From an uncultured delta proteobacterium (GTDB lineage: Bacteria; Desulfobacterota; Binatia; Binatales; Binataceae), in contig CAVRVY010000001.1 of NCBI GenBank assembly GCA_963724765.1, positions 448,001-512,000 of the forward strand: a stretch of 64,000 nucleotides of DNA, read 5' to 3'. Every line of letters starts with the position of its first letter. The first letter of the stretch is position 1. Shown here in pieces: positions 19,525-28,462 of this stretch. Below the pieces are notes generated by a model. The model made no database searches. It had not been told where the DNA came from and saw only the letters and a list, made by a program, of their open reading frames with translations. A program made the position numbers and the translations under genes.

Positions 19525-19814
19525 GCAAGCTCGGGCCTTTCCTTCGCAAAGCTCAAGACCGATATCTGCACTTCTGTCCCGCCTGCGAAGAGGTGCATCC
19601 TATCGGACTGTCCTGGACCTTCGACGGCAATCTTGAAGCGCCCACCTTCGCCCCGAGCGTACGTCATACCATCTATCCGCTCAGTACCACGCCAGCGGCT
19701 CCGCGCATTTGTCACTACTTTATTCGTGCCGGGCGCATTGAGTTTTGCGGCGATTGTACGCATGAGTTCGCGGGCAAGATTGTACCGCTTGTGCCGCTAC
19801 CGGTGCCGCCATGA
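19521..19814 (+). CDS. Cys/His-rich protein (DUF6527-like)
   Basis: FCPAC..H, WTFDGN..PTFAPSV and CHYFI..G.IEFC.DCTH patterns. Confidence 0.75.
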   Translation: MSKLGPFLRKAQDRYLHFCPACEEVHPIGLSWTFDGNLEAPTFAPSVRHTIYPLSTTPAAPRICHYFIRAGRIEFCGDCTHEFAGKIVPLVPLPVPP

Positions 19815-21346
19815 GTGAACTGTCATCGGTGCTGCTGCCGTATCAGCGGAAGTGGATTGCCGACACCGCGCCGATCAAGGTCTACGAGAAATCCCGGCGT
19901 ATCGGTATCACCTGGAGCGAGGCGGCTGACTGCACGCTCACGGCGGCCGGGCGCGACGGGATGGATACCTGGTACATCGGCTATAACAGAGAGATGGCGC
20001 TCGAGTTCGTCGAGACGGCCGCCGGATGGGCGAAGCGGTTCAAGCGCGCCGCCGAAGCGATCGAGGAAGAAATAATTAAGGACGAGGATAAAGACATCCT
20101 CGCTTATCGGATTCGCTTTTCGTCCGGCCACAAGATCGTCGCGCTCAGCTCACGGCCGTCGAACCTGCGCGGCAAGCAGGGCCGCGCGGTGATCGACGAG
20201 GCGGCTTTCCATGAGGACTTGCCCGAGCTGCTCAAGGCAGCGCTCGCGTTTACGGTCTGGGGCGGCCGGGTGCATATCATCTCGACCCACAACGGCGCCG
20301 ACAACCCGTTCAATGAGCTGGTAACCGACATCCGCGCCGGCAGGAAGCCCTATTCGCTACATCGCACGACGCTCGACGATGCGCTCGGCGAGGGTCTCTA
20401 TCGCGCAATCTGCCGAGTGCTCAAAAGAGACTGGACCGGCGATGCGGAAAAAGAATGGCGCGCGCAGGTCTTCGCCGATTATGGCGACTACGCCGATGAG
20501 GAATTACTGTGCGTCCCGCGCGCCAGCTCGGGAGCCTTCCTGCCGTCGACGCTAATCGAAAGCCGAATGCGCGAAGAAATCCCGGTCGCTCGCTTCGACA
20601 TGACTGCGATGTCGATGACCTTTATTGAGCGCGGCCAGGACGCGTTGCGCCGGACGGCCGAGGACTGGTGCGAAGAGCATTTGAAACCGCTTTTAGGGCG
20701 GCTTAATACGGGCCTGATGAGCTGCTTCGGCGAGGACTTCGGGCGCTCGGGCGACCTCACCGTGATATGGACGTTGCAGATAGGCCAGGGGCTCATGCGA
20801 CGCACGCCGTTCGTGGTCGAGCTCCGCAACGTGCCCTTCAAGCAGCAGGAACAGGTCCTTTTCTACATCGCCGACCGGCTTCCGCGGTTCATTGCCGGGG
20901 CGATGGACGCTCGCGGCAATGGCCAGTACCTGGCTGAGCAGGCCGCGCTGCGTTATGGTTCGCGCGTCGAGCAGGTGATGCTCTCGACCGAGTGGTATCG
21001 CGACAATATGCCGCGCTATAAGGCCGCTTTCGAGGATGGCGGTATCGAGCTGCCGAAAGACGCCGACATCCTGGCGGATCATCGGGCGTTGGTGATGGAA
21101 CGCGGCGTGGCTAGGATTCCGGAGGGCCGGCGTGGCCGCGGTCACGATGGCGGCCAGCGGCACGGTGACTCGGCGATCGCCGGCGCTCTCGCCTTTTACG
21201 CCAGCACCCTCAACCCGGCGCAGTATGCCTACACGCCGGCGCCAGCGGCACGTCGTCGCGTCGATGAATCGGCGCCGGATGATGAAGAGCAGGGGCGTCG
21301 CGATCCATTCTGGCGTCGTCTGGGCGGTCGACTGCGTGCCAGCTGA
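19811..21346 (+). CDS. Terminase large subunit (Mu gp28-like)
   Basis: LLPYQ, EKSRRIGITW, VIDEAAF, DFGRSGDL, DARGNG and HGDSA motifs. Confidence 0.95.
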   Translation: MSELSSVLLPYQRKWIADTAPIKVYEKSRRIGITWSEAADCTLTAAGRDGMDTWYIGYNREMALEFVETAAGWAKRFKRAAEAIEEEIIKDEDKDILAYRIRFSSGHKIVALSSRPSNLRGKQGRAVIDEAAFHEDLPELLKAALAFTVWGGRVHIISTHNGADNPFNELVTDIRAGRKPYSLHRTTLDDALGEGLYRAICRVLKRDWTGDAEKEWRAQVFADYGDYADEELLCVPRASSGAFLPSTLIESRMREEIPVARFDMTAMSMTFIERGQDALRRTAEDWCEEHLKPLLGRLNTGLMSCFGEDFGRSGDLTVIWTLQIGQGLMRRTPFVVELRNVPFKQQEQVLFYIADRLPRFIAGAMDARGNGQYLAEQAALRYGSRVEQVMLSTEWYRDNMPRYKAAFEDGGIELPKDADILADHRALVMERGVARIPEGRRGRGHDGGQRHGDSAIAGALAFYASTLNPAQYAYTPAPAARRRVDESAPDDEEQGRRDPFWRRLGGRLRAS

Positions 21347-21415
21347 TGCCCGGCGAGGTGAGAGTATTTGCCACATCCGAAGCGGCGTCGGCCCGCGAAC
21401 CTAATTGAATCTCCG

Positions 21416-21781
21416 ATGTCGAAAAACAAGAAATCGAAACGCGGTAAGCTTTGGAAAGCGTCGCCGCTGCCTACAGATCAGCATCCACCGGCATGGCTGA
21501 ACGGCGACCTTCGAGGGCTAGATCCCGGCATCCGCAAAGCCGTCGAACGGCTCCAAGCCGAAGGGATCGAAACGTTCGAGTCCTGCGAAGGCGGCCCGGG
21601 GCACTCCTACCCAGAGCCGAGCGTCAGGTTTTACGGAACGCCCGAAGCGGGCTGGCGCGCTGTCGGTGTCTGCCTAGCCTACGGGCTGCCGATCCTGTTC
21701 CTGCGGCGCATCTGGTCCATACTGGACGGCAACGAGCCGAACGGACCGCATTGGGAAATCGTATTTAGAGCACGCAATTAG
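21416..21781 (+). CDS. Hypothetical protein with TYW3-like N-terminal motif
   Basis: LDPGIRKAVERL..GIETFESCEG. Start uncertain. Confidence 0.6.
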   Translation: MSKNKKSKRGKLWKASPLPTDQHPPAWLNGDLRGLDPGIRKAVERLQAEGIETFESCEGGPGHSYPEPSVRFYGTPEAGWRAVGVCLAYGLPILFLRRIWSILDGNEPNGPHWEIVFRARN

Positions 21782-21951
21782 CCCAGCTTGATGCACTCAT
21801 CGCAGCGCGGCTTGCCCCCGGTCGAGTTGCGAATGAGGTGTTGTGGCTTAATGCGCTTCCCATATGGGCAATCGTCGTGATCGTGGTAAACGTTCCGGTG
21901 GCTGGGCGGATACTCCATCGAGTTCGTATGATACGAGGCTACCTTGGCCAT
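21778..21951 (-). CDS. Small Cys/His-rich hypothetical protein (57 aa)
   Basis: GGAGG RBS; YH..VYHDHDDC..G..I..GGKPRCDEC. Confidence 0.65.
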   Translation of the reverse strand: MAKVASYHTNSMEYPPSHRNVYHDHDDCPYGKRIKPQHLIRNSTGGKPRCDECIKLG

Positions 21952-22026
21952 CGTTCGTGCCTCCTGGTAGAAGCGATTCTTATGACCTTGCCAGCGACAT
22001 TTCGAAGCGAAATCACCCATTTCTTG

Positions 22027-22349
22027 AGTTTCAAGTTAGTTTAAAGTTAGGAAATTGCGAAAATCACGTAACTATATAAATTATCAGCGATTTTTTGTAA
22101 CTTTAAACTCGATCAGGCAGTTGGGGATGGTTTGATCTTTAGTTTAAAGTTCGCCGGATTGACATCTGAATGCTTGCGTTAGCGACGGTAAGCGACGACG
22201 CAAAATTAAGGACCCTCCGCCCTCCTGAGCTCCCATTCGGTTGCCGAAAACCCTGAATAATCCTTTTGTTCGGCGCATAAAGGCGCGGCAAGGCTCGCCT
22301 CATCTCGGTTGCCCCGGAGAGATCAAACCATCCCGTTCCCCCCAACGAC
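22027..22349. repeat. Element end (L-like) with binding-site repeats and TSD
   Basis: GGGATGGTTTGATCT at 22124-22138 and inverted at 22320-22334. AGTTT(A/C)AAGTT at 22027, 22038, 22141 and inverted at 22099. CA at 22343-22344 followed by ACGAC. Confidence 0.85.
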
Positions 22350-22675
22350 GCTCAGACCAGCTTATCACCGCTCAGGCAGTCGAGATTCCGGCGGGAAGTT
22401 CCCGACCGCAGTCTCTTAATTCCGACAGCATTCGATTTTGAGCGGCGGGGCCGGGTGATTATCGCGATGGGGGTGTAGATAAATACTGGTACCACTCGGT
22501 ATCAATGCACTCACGCGACTGAAGGCCACCAAGCCCGCGTTCGCCAAGGCTTGATCCGTATCGAGCGCAACCAAGTGCGCGGGCTCATCGTATCTGTCAC
22601 CAAAGCACTGGACATCGTTCGGAACGCATCTGCCTGAGGCAATCAGGGCGGCGCTCGGCCAAGGAAGACCCAGAA

Positions 22676-22954
22676 GTGGAATATCGTCTACCCTTTGGGG
22701 GTCTGGCGTTCTACGAAGACGCCCTGTTGGACCTTTTTCAGAAATACCCGCCGTCGTCTTCCCTGATCTCGGTCACGATTCACGAAGCCGGCAGGGGCGT
22801 GGGCACCTATACAGTCCATCACGCGTGGCCACCAGGCAGCTGGAGCGCTGCCGACATCGCCAAGTTTATCGCTCGCAAGATCTGGCAAGCGTATACAGCT
22901 CACGCCAGGCAGGCGTTTGATAGCGTGACGATCGAGTTTTCGACGTCCGGTTGA
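22676..22954 (+). CDS. Hypothetical protein
   Basis: 92-aa ORF with no motif recognised. Confidence 0.35.
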   Translation: MEYRLPFGGLAFYEDALLDLFQKYPPSSSLISVTIHEAGRGVGTYTVHHAWPPGSWSAADIAKFIARKIWQAYTAHARQAFDSVTIEFSTSG

Positions 22955-23373
22955 CCTTGGCGGCAGCGCGCAGCTTGCGCTCGGGGATCTTGCGCGCGCC
23001 TCCTCGACTACCAGCTTCGACCGGCGTTGCACCCTCGGCCACCATCGCCCGCTGATCGTCGCTCAAGTTGCGGGGCCGAGTTGGTTCTCTTCGATCCCCA
23101 GCTTGGCGAGCAGGGCCTTGCGCGCGAACTCGCGTCAGGCTTCGTCTATGCCCAGCACCTCAGCCAGAGGGCGTGCTTCTCTGTACCGGCCCAGCCGACC
23201 AGCAGGAGTGCAGCGGCGTCGGCTTTCGTGCCGCTTTAGGTCGGCGCTTTCGGGTCGATTGGCGAGGTGCGACACGGCTACATGCGGTGCATACTTGCCA
23301 CGATTGAAAGATGACCTCCCAGATTTAGGCGTTAATATGCGAGTTACTATTAGGAAATTTACAGGCTTTCGCG

Positions 23374-23389
23374 TGGCACGCGAATTGCT
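23374..23389 (+). promoter_or_regulatory. sigma54 (-24/-12) promoter of tadG-tadE
   Basis: TGGCACGCGAATTGCT matches TGGCACG-N4-TTGCW exactly, about 60 nt before the ATG. Confidence 0.75.
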
Positions 23390-23449
23390 GCGGCTGACGG
23401 TCGGAAATCCTTGTTCGCCGATTTCAGGGGAGGGTCATCCTTGGAGGGT

Positions 23450-24448
23450 ATGAAGATGATCAGCATCTGCCGCGGCCAGATAGCCGCTCTGTATGCCGTC
23501 ATACTTGTGACCCTGGTCGGCGCGATCGCTCTCGGTACCGATGTCGCAGCGATGTACGTTAACTGGCAGCACATGCAAAAGGTCGCGGATGCTGCTGCGT
23601 TGGCCGGCGCGAATTATCTCGCCGGATACACCTTTAGCGGCACAGCCGCCTCCGGTTGTGGTAGCGAGTCGGACGCAGCGAAAACAGCCGCCTGCACGTA
23701 TGCCTCTAACAATGGATTGGCCGCGGCCGGTCTTACCATCAACGAGCCGACCGCAACAACCATTCGTGTGGTGGCGCAAGAAACCGGTCTTCCCTACTAT
23801 TTCGGGAAGGTGCTCGGCCTCAACACGTATACTGTATCGGCAGGCGCCACCGCTACGGCAGGCGGGCCAATTGGTACCGTTACCCAAGGTCTGTTCCCGG
23901 TGGGACTTCAATGCACCGCCCCATGCAGTCTATCAAGTCTTGATCCAGGGCAATCCGTGTCGTTCGGCTCGAAGTTTGTCGGCGGTCTCGCGCCGGGTAA
24001 CTGGCAGTGGCTGGGTCTCGGGGGAGAAGGCGCTTCCACTCTGGGCAGCAACATCGAGTATGGTGCGACGAGCTCCTACACAATCGGCCAAACCATCAAC
24101 TCGTCACCTGGCAACAAAGGCAATTCGGGGCCTGTGAAGAGTGGTTTGGCGGCCAGGTTAAGCAGTTGCGAATCCATCTCTGATCCGTGCACCAGCGGTG
24201 GCGGGAACTCGAATAATATTCCGCCCGGCGATCCATGCCTGGTAGTCGTGCCGGCGGTTGACTATAGCGGGTGCACTGGGAACTGCACCTTGACGATCGA
24301 AGGGTTTGCCGAGATATACCTGGAGCCAGCCACCACCACCAGCACCAACATCAACGGATGTTTCGTGTCGGCAGTCGTCCCTAATACAATAGCATCTTCG
24401 TCGGCGCCGGCGCTGGGAGCATTGCAGGTACCCGTTCTGATCCAGTAG
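23450..24448 (+). CDS. TadG-like Flp pilus assembly protein
   Basis: RGQ plus TM, Q..ADAAALAGA, Cys-rich C-terminal domain with PGN..W; GGAGG RBS. Confidence 0.85.
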   Translation: MKMISICRGQIAALYAVILVTLVGAIALGTDVAAMYVNWQHMQKVADAAALAGANYLAGYTFSGTAASGCGSESDAAKTAACTYASNNGLAAAGLTINEPTATTIRVVAQETGLPYYFGKVLGLNTYTVSAGATATAGGPIGTVTQGLFPVGLQCTAPCSLSSLDPGQSVSFGSKFVGGLAPGNWQWLGLGGEGASTLGSNIEYGATSSYTIGQTINSSPGNKGNSGPVKSGLAARLSSCESISDPCTSGGGNSNNIPPGDPCLVVVPAVDYSGCTGNCTLTIEGFAEIYLEPATTTSTNINGCFVSAVVPNTIASSSAPALGALQVPVLIQ

Positions 24449-24460
24449 TGGGAAAGTTCT

Positions 24461-25000
24461 ATGGTCAACCGATATGATGCGAAGCAGAGTGCCAGCGTAA
24501 ACAACTATTCGCCGGCGGCAATGACGGTGCTCCGGCGGAGCTCCGGATCGCGTCTGCCCAGGAGCAGAATCAGCCGGGGGCAGGCGGCGGCTGAATTCGC
24601 GCTGATTGCGCCCGTCGTGATAATTGTGATGCTGGTTGGCGTGCAGTTTGCGCTGATCGGCCAGGCGGCTTTGGCGCTTAGCCAGGGAGCATCCGCGCTC
24701 GCGCGCTATGCCGCGGTGAATCCCGGAGTGGTAGGTTCGAATGGCACGGTCACTTTGACCGCCCCGATAAAACAGTTATTGTCCTCTTCCATCCTTAGCC
24801 ACGGCGGCGATGATCTCACTGTGACGATCGCTTCGTATTCGGGGACCACAACCACCACCACCAATTCACCGCAATACACCGATCGGCTTGTCGTTAGTCT
24901 AAGCTACAACGCCGCCAGTAAGATCGCACTGCCGAACCCATTCTTCGGGGTTAGCTTCCCAACCGCCCTGAGCGCGTCGGACTCACAAATGTACGAGTGA
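24461..25000 (+). CDS. TadE-like pseudopilin
   Basis: RGQAAAEFALIAP prepilin motif, ARYAA. Start uncertain. Confidence 0.85.
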   Translation: MVNRYDAKQSASVNNYSPAAMTVLRRSSGSRLPRSRISRGQAAAEFALIAPVVIIVMLVGVQFALIGQAALALSQGASALARYAAVNPGVVGSNGTVTLTAPIKQLLSSSILSHGGDDLTVTIASYSGTTTTTTNSPQYTDRLVVSLSYNAASKIALPNPFFGVSFPTALSASDSQMYE

Positions 25001-25331
25001 ATGGGAGAACGCGGACCCTGCGCGGCTATGAGGACCTGCTCGAGGCAGCGGCTCAGTCTGACACGCGAAGCCCTTTGACATCGCGTCGCGGACTATGAAG
25101 CAGGTCGGACAGCGCGCCTGGACGCGCCGGCGATTTTCGCTCGCCTCAAAGCCGCGCCTGCGCAGTGCGCCTACGCTCTTCGTTTCGACCACCAACCGCT
25201 CCTCGCTTTTACGTCGTTTACTTTCGAAAGTAATGGCCCACGACATCGACTTATGAGCACGATTGCGTTCGCGGACCTTGGCTCGACGCTTCATCTCGGT
25301 TCGCCATTCTCTCGACGGCCGCCAAGCGCAC

Positions 25332-25404
25332 GAGCCGTTAGCTCAGGCGGGTAGAGCATCTGTCTTTTAATCAGAGGGTCCTGATTCGAGTCCCGGACGG
25401 CTCA
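25332..25404 (+). pseudogene. Degenerate full-length copy of tRNA-Lys(TTT)
   Basis: Matches 11618-11691 plus the GCGCAC leader. Anticodon-stem A>T, disrupted T stem (CTGA for CCGGG), no CCA. Confidence 0.88.
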
Positions 25405-25526
25405 CTCCAAAATTCCGCGGCTCGGCTGAATTCAGCGACCCGGCAAAATTTAGCGGCTGGGAATGAACTTGAACCAAGGTCTTCGCTCGATTCGCTCGAA
25501 CGACACCTTGCGGACACATTTGCTGT

Positions 25527-25742
25527 TCAGGCGCTGGTCAGGTCGCTATTGAGGCCACTGCCCAGAACCACCGCGCTTTTCCCGATGGACTCGTATGCCG
25601 CGAAAGCCGCTATCGAGAGCGACGCAAAAATAAGAGCGTATTCGGCCAATGTCTGACCGCTCGGGGTCTCGCGTAACCTAATATACGACTTAAGCACGCG
25701 ATCGTTCACGCTGCGTGGCGTAAAACTTTTTTTCTTGAACAT
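25527..25742 (-). CDS. Flp family type IVb pilin
   Basis: SGQTLAEYALI Flp motif. Confidence 0.75.
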   Translation of the reverse strand: MFKKKSFTPRSVNDRVLKSYIRLRETPSGQTLAEYALIFASLSIAAFAAYESIGKSAVVLGSGLNSDLTSA

Positions 25743-26201
25743 AGATTCATCTTAGGATCGCAGTAGCAATAGGTGTCAATCAGAAACCTTCAGGAACTCC
25801 TGACTGGCGTAATGCGCTCGCATGAATGTGGAATAGGCGGGCCAAGCTGAGAACAGGCATCCATAACTTCAATCGGAGATCGTTGGGGAAACGGCGCCAT
25901 CCCAAACCAGGGGTAGTGGGAAACAGAGCCGCGCGCTCGCTCTGTCGAAACGTCCACGCCCTTCGGTGCAAAAAATGCGCGTGACCATAGGCGGTGAGTG
26001 CTCTAGTCGCAGTGGCCTTTTTTGAACAAGGGTCAAAATGTTCTCTGGGAGACCAAAATGCCTGTGTTCCTTAATTTGATGACCTACGCGAGGGCCGCAA
26101 GATGCGCGTTGGTACCTCGATCAATCGCTCGCGCGATGCCATCAGTGGAAGGCACAGAAAGGCAGACGGGACGTGCAGTCGAGACATTCGATAAGAAAAG
26201 A

Positions 26202-26232
26202 AAAAGCCCCCGAATCGGCTCCGAGGGCTTTT
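26202..26232 (-). terminator. Rho-independent terminator after second Flp pilin
   Basis: AAAAGCCC...GGGCTTTT hairpin followed by a T-rich run on the - strand. Confidence 0.55.
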
Positions 26233-26271
26233 GGACCTGCTTTGCCACAGGTCCCAACGATTGAGAGGTCT

Positions 26272-26463
26272 TTACGCGTTGGTCAGAGCGGAATCGACGC
26301 CACTGGCGAGCGAACCGATGTTGTTGCCCAGCGCACGGTAGGTGCCGTAAACCACGACCGCGATGGCCGCCAGGATGAGCGCGTATTCCGTCATGGTCTG
26401 GCCACGAGTGTTGCGAACCACGGACTCACGCGCGCGGATGAACATCTTCGTCACTGCTTCCAT
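26272..26463 (-). CDS. Flp family type IVb pilin
   Basis: RGQTMTEYALILAAIAVVV; AAGGAGA RBS. Confidence 0.9.
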   Translation of the reverse strand: MEAVTKMFIRARESVVRNTRGQTMTEYALILAAIAVVVYGTYRALGNNIGSLASGVDSALTNA

Positions 26464-26869
26464 TTTCATATCTCCTTTTTTAACGCCCATTTTGGGCACC
26501 GTTGAGGCTATACTTTTTGCTTTGTCTTGTCTAGAGATGAAAATAACTTAATCCGCATCTCAAAGCAACTCTTAACGTCTATAGAGTCTGTTGTGTTTAT
26601 TGCCGTCTTTGTCTAGCAATCATTATCAAAACTGTACGGCGACAGGACACCATTCCTCGAGCGCTGGTTGTCGGTTCAATCGCTCAGGCCAGCATTAGAG
26701 GACCAGCGGGGCCTCAAGCGACCACATGATCGGGCCTTAGTTGACGAGCCGGGGGGAACAACGGTTCTCTATCAACTGCTACTTCGATCTGCCCTGACCA
26801 AGGCGGTGAACATCTTGTGCCGAATGCCGCGGGCAGCGTCAGCGAAACGTTTCGCTGGAGGAAGAACAG

Positions 26870-28240
26870 ATGACGCGCAGTTTGGGACAGCATGCGGTTG
26901 TGATCGGCGGTAGCATGGCGGGTTTGATGAGCGCGACGGTGCTGGCCGACTACTTCAACCGCGTCACCGTGTTCGAGCGCGATCAGATCGAAGATCGGCC
27001 CGTGCTTCACAAGTCAGTCCCACAGGGGAATCATATCCACGCCTTGTTACTCAGCGGGCAGCACGTGATGTCGTTGCTCTATCCCGGCTTCACCGAAGAA
27101 CTGACGCGGCTCGGCGCCGTCCGTTTCAGACCGGGCATCGACATCGCCTTTTACGGTCCCAATGGTAAGGGATACAACGCAACCCGGTCTGTAACGGAGC
27201 CTCGCGACCTTGGGCTTGAGGGACACATTATGAGTCGCGGGCTGCTCGAATATCATGTCAGACGGCGGACGGTTGCGCTCGCAAACGTGAAGCTCGAGAC
27301 GGGCGCTGCGATCGAAGGGCTGGTTCACGATAGCGGGCGGATTCGCGGCGTGTGCCGCAAACGTGCGGCGGGCACAGAGTCAGTCGCGGCTGACCTGGTG
27401 ATCGACGCGGGCGGGCGCAGTTCTCATGCCACGCGCTGGCTGGTTGAGATGGGAGTGCCGGCTCCCGAGGAAACGACCATCGGAGTCGACTTCGCCTATA
27501 CCAGCACCATGTATCGCAAGCCCGATTCCGACCACGAATCGGAACCACTGCTGCTCGTTGGCGGGCCGCCGCCCGAACACACGAGGGCGGCAGGGCTGTT
27601 CGAGATCGAGAATCGCACCTGGCACGTGAGTTTGGCCGGCCGTTTCGGTGATTATCCTCCAACTGACGAAGCCGGATTTCTTGCCTTCGCAAAGGCGCAG
27701 CCTTCTCCCAAGCTCTACGAGCTGATCAAGGATGCCGAACGTATCGCCGACATCACCCATCATCGCTTCCCGACCAGCGTCTGGCGGCACTACGAACGGA
27801 TGCCGTCCTTTCCCGAGGGGCTGCTGATTTTGGGAGATGCGATCTGCAGCTTTAATCCGGTCTATGGGCAGGGCATGAGCTCCGCCGCGCTGCAGGCCGC
27901 GACGCTGCAGAAGGTTCTCCGCGAGCGCGCGGCGCAATCTCGCGGGCTCGACGGGTTGGCCTCGGCTTTTTTTCCAAACGCGGCGCAGGCAGTGAGCGCG
28001 CCGTGGACCTTGGCCGCGAACTTCGATTTCGCGTACCCGCAAACCAAGGGCAAACGTCCGCCCGGCCTGGCGGAAGGCGCTGGCTATTTCGCGGCGCTGG
28101 ATTCTCTGCAGGCCGAGGACATCAACGTGCAGCGGCTGGTCACGGAGGTGTTTCAGCTAACCAAGCCGATATCGGCGCTGCGCGAGGAGCCTCTATTGAG
28201 CCGGATTCTGGCCCGCCTGCAGCGCCCGCCTCGCGCCTGA
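26870..28240 (+). CDS. FAD-dependent oxidoreductase/monooxygenase
   Basis: VIGGSMAG, VPQG.H, IDAGGR and GDA..FNPVYGQG motifs. Confidence 0.9.
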   Translation: MTRSLGQHAVVIGGSMAGLMSATVLADYFNRVTVFERDQIEDRPVLHKSVPQGNHIHALLLSGQHVMSLLYPGFTEELTRLGAVRFRPGIDIAFYGPNGKGYNATRSVTEPRDLGLEGHIMSRGLLEYHVRRRTVALANVKLETGAAIEGLVHDSGRIRGVCRKRAAGTESVAADLVIDAGGRSSHATRWLVEMGVPAPEETTIGVDFAYTSTMYRKPDSDHESEPLLLVGGPPPEHTRAAGLFEIENRTWHVSLAGRFGDYPPTDEAGFLAFAKAQPSPKLYELIKDAERIADITHHRFPTSVWRHYERMPSFPEGLLILGDAICSFNPVYGQGMSSAALQAATLQKVLRERAAQSRGLDGLASAFFPNAAQAVSAPWTLAANFDFAYPQTKGKRPPGLAEGAGYFAALDSLQAEDINVQRLVTEVFQLTKPISALREEPLLSRILARLQRPPRA

Positions 28241-28304
28241 AGCGCGATTCTCTCGGTCCAATCGATTGTTACAGGCCGTCGGGCGCGTCTTAGCGCCATG
28301 CGAG

Positions 28305-28331
28305 GTAACTAATCGCCATGGCGCGGAGAAC
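28305..28331 (+). promoter_or_regulatory. Putative ECF (SigF-type) promoter
   Basis: GTAACT-N16-AGAAC; the same motif occurs before msrA. Confidence 0.5.
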
Positions 28332-28462
28332 TTCAGACCAGGGAACTTTGGCCTCGGATGGTTGGTCTTTCGCTGAAACTATATCTCGGCGCATCCTCGC
28401 TGCCGTTTGTTGCGGCAAGCGGCGCCCCGTGCTGTCCTTATGAATCTTGCGTCGAGCGTCCG

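Larger units (their letters stand above)
11802..22344. mobile_element. Non-autonomous, internally deleted Mu-like transposable prophage (mini-Mu)
   Basis: TG...CA ends, ACGAC duplicated at 11797-11801 and 22345-22349, GGATGGTTTGATC at position 12-24 of both ends, Mu-type genes inside. Confidence 0.9.

Noticed and set aside
22490-22640. Possible integrase N-terminal remnant (QVRGLIVSVTK)
   Set aside because: Too short, interrupted by stops, no catalytic domain.
23030-23090. Minus-strand RNLSDDQRAMVA resembling phage ParB-like proteins
   Set aside because: One short motif with no supporting ORF.
26470-26660. c-di-GMP riboswitch upstream of Flp pilin
   Set aside because: No GEMM consensus elements recognisable.
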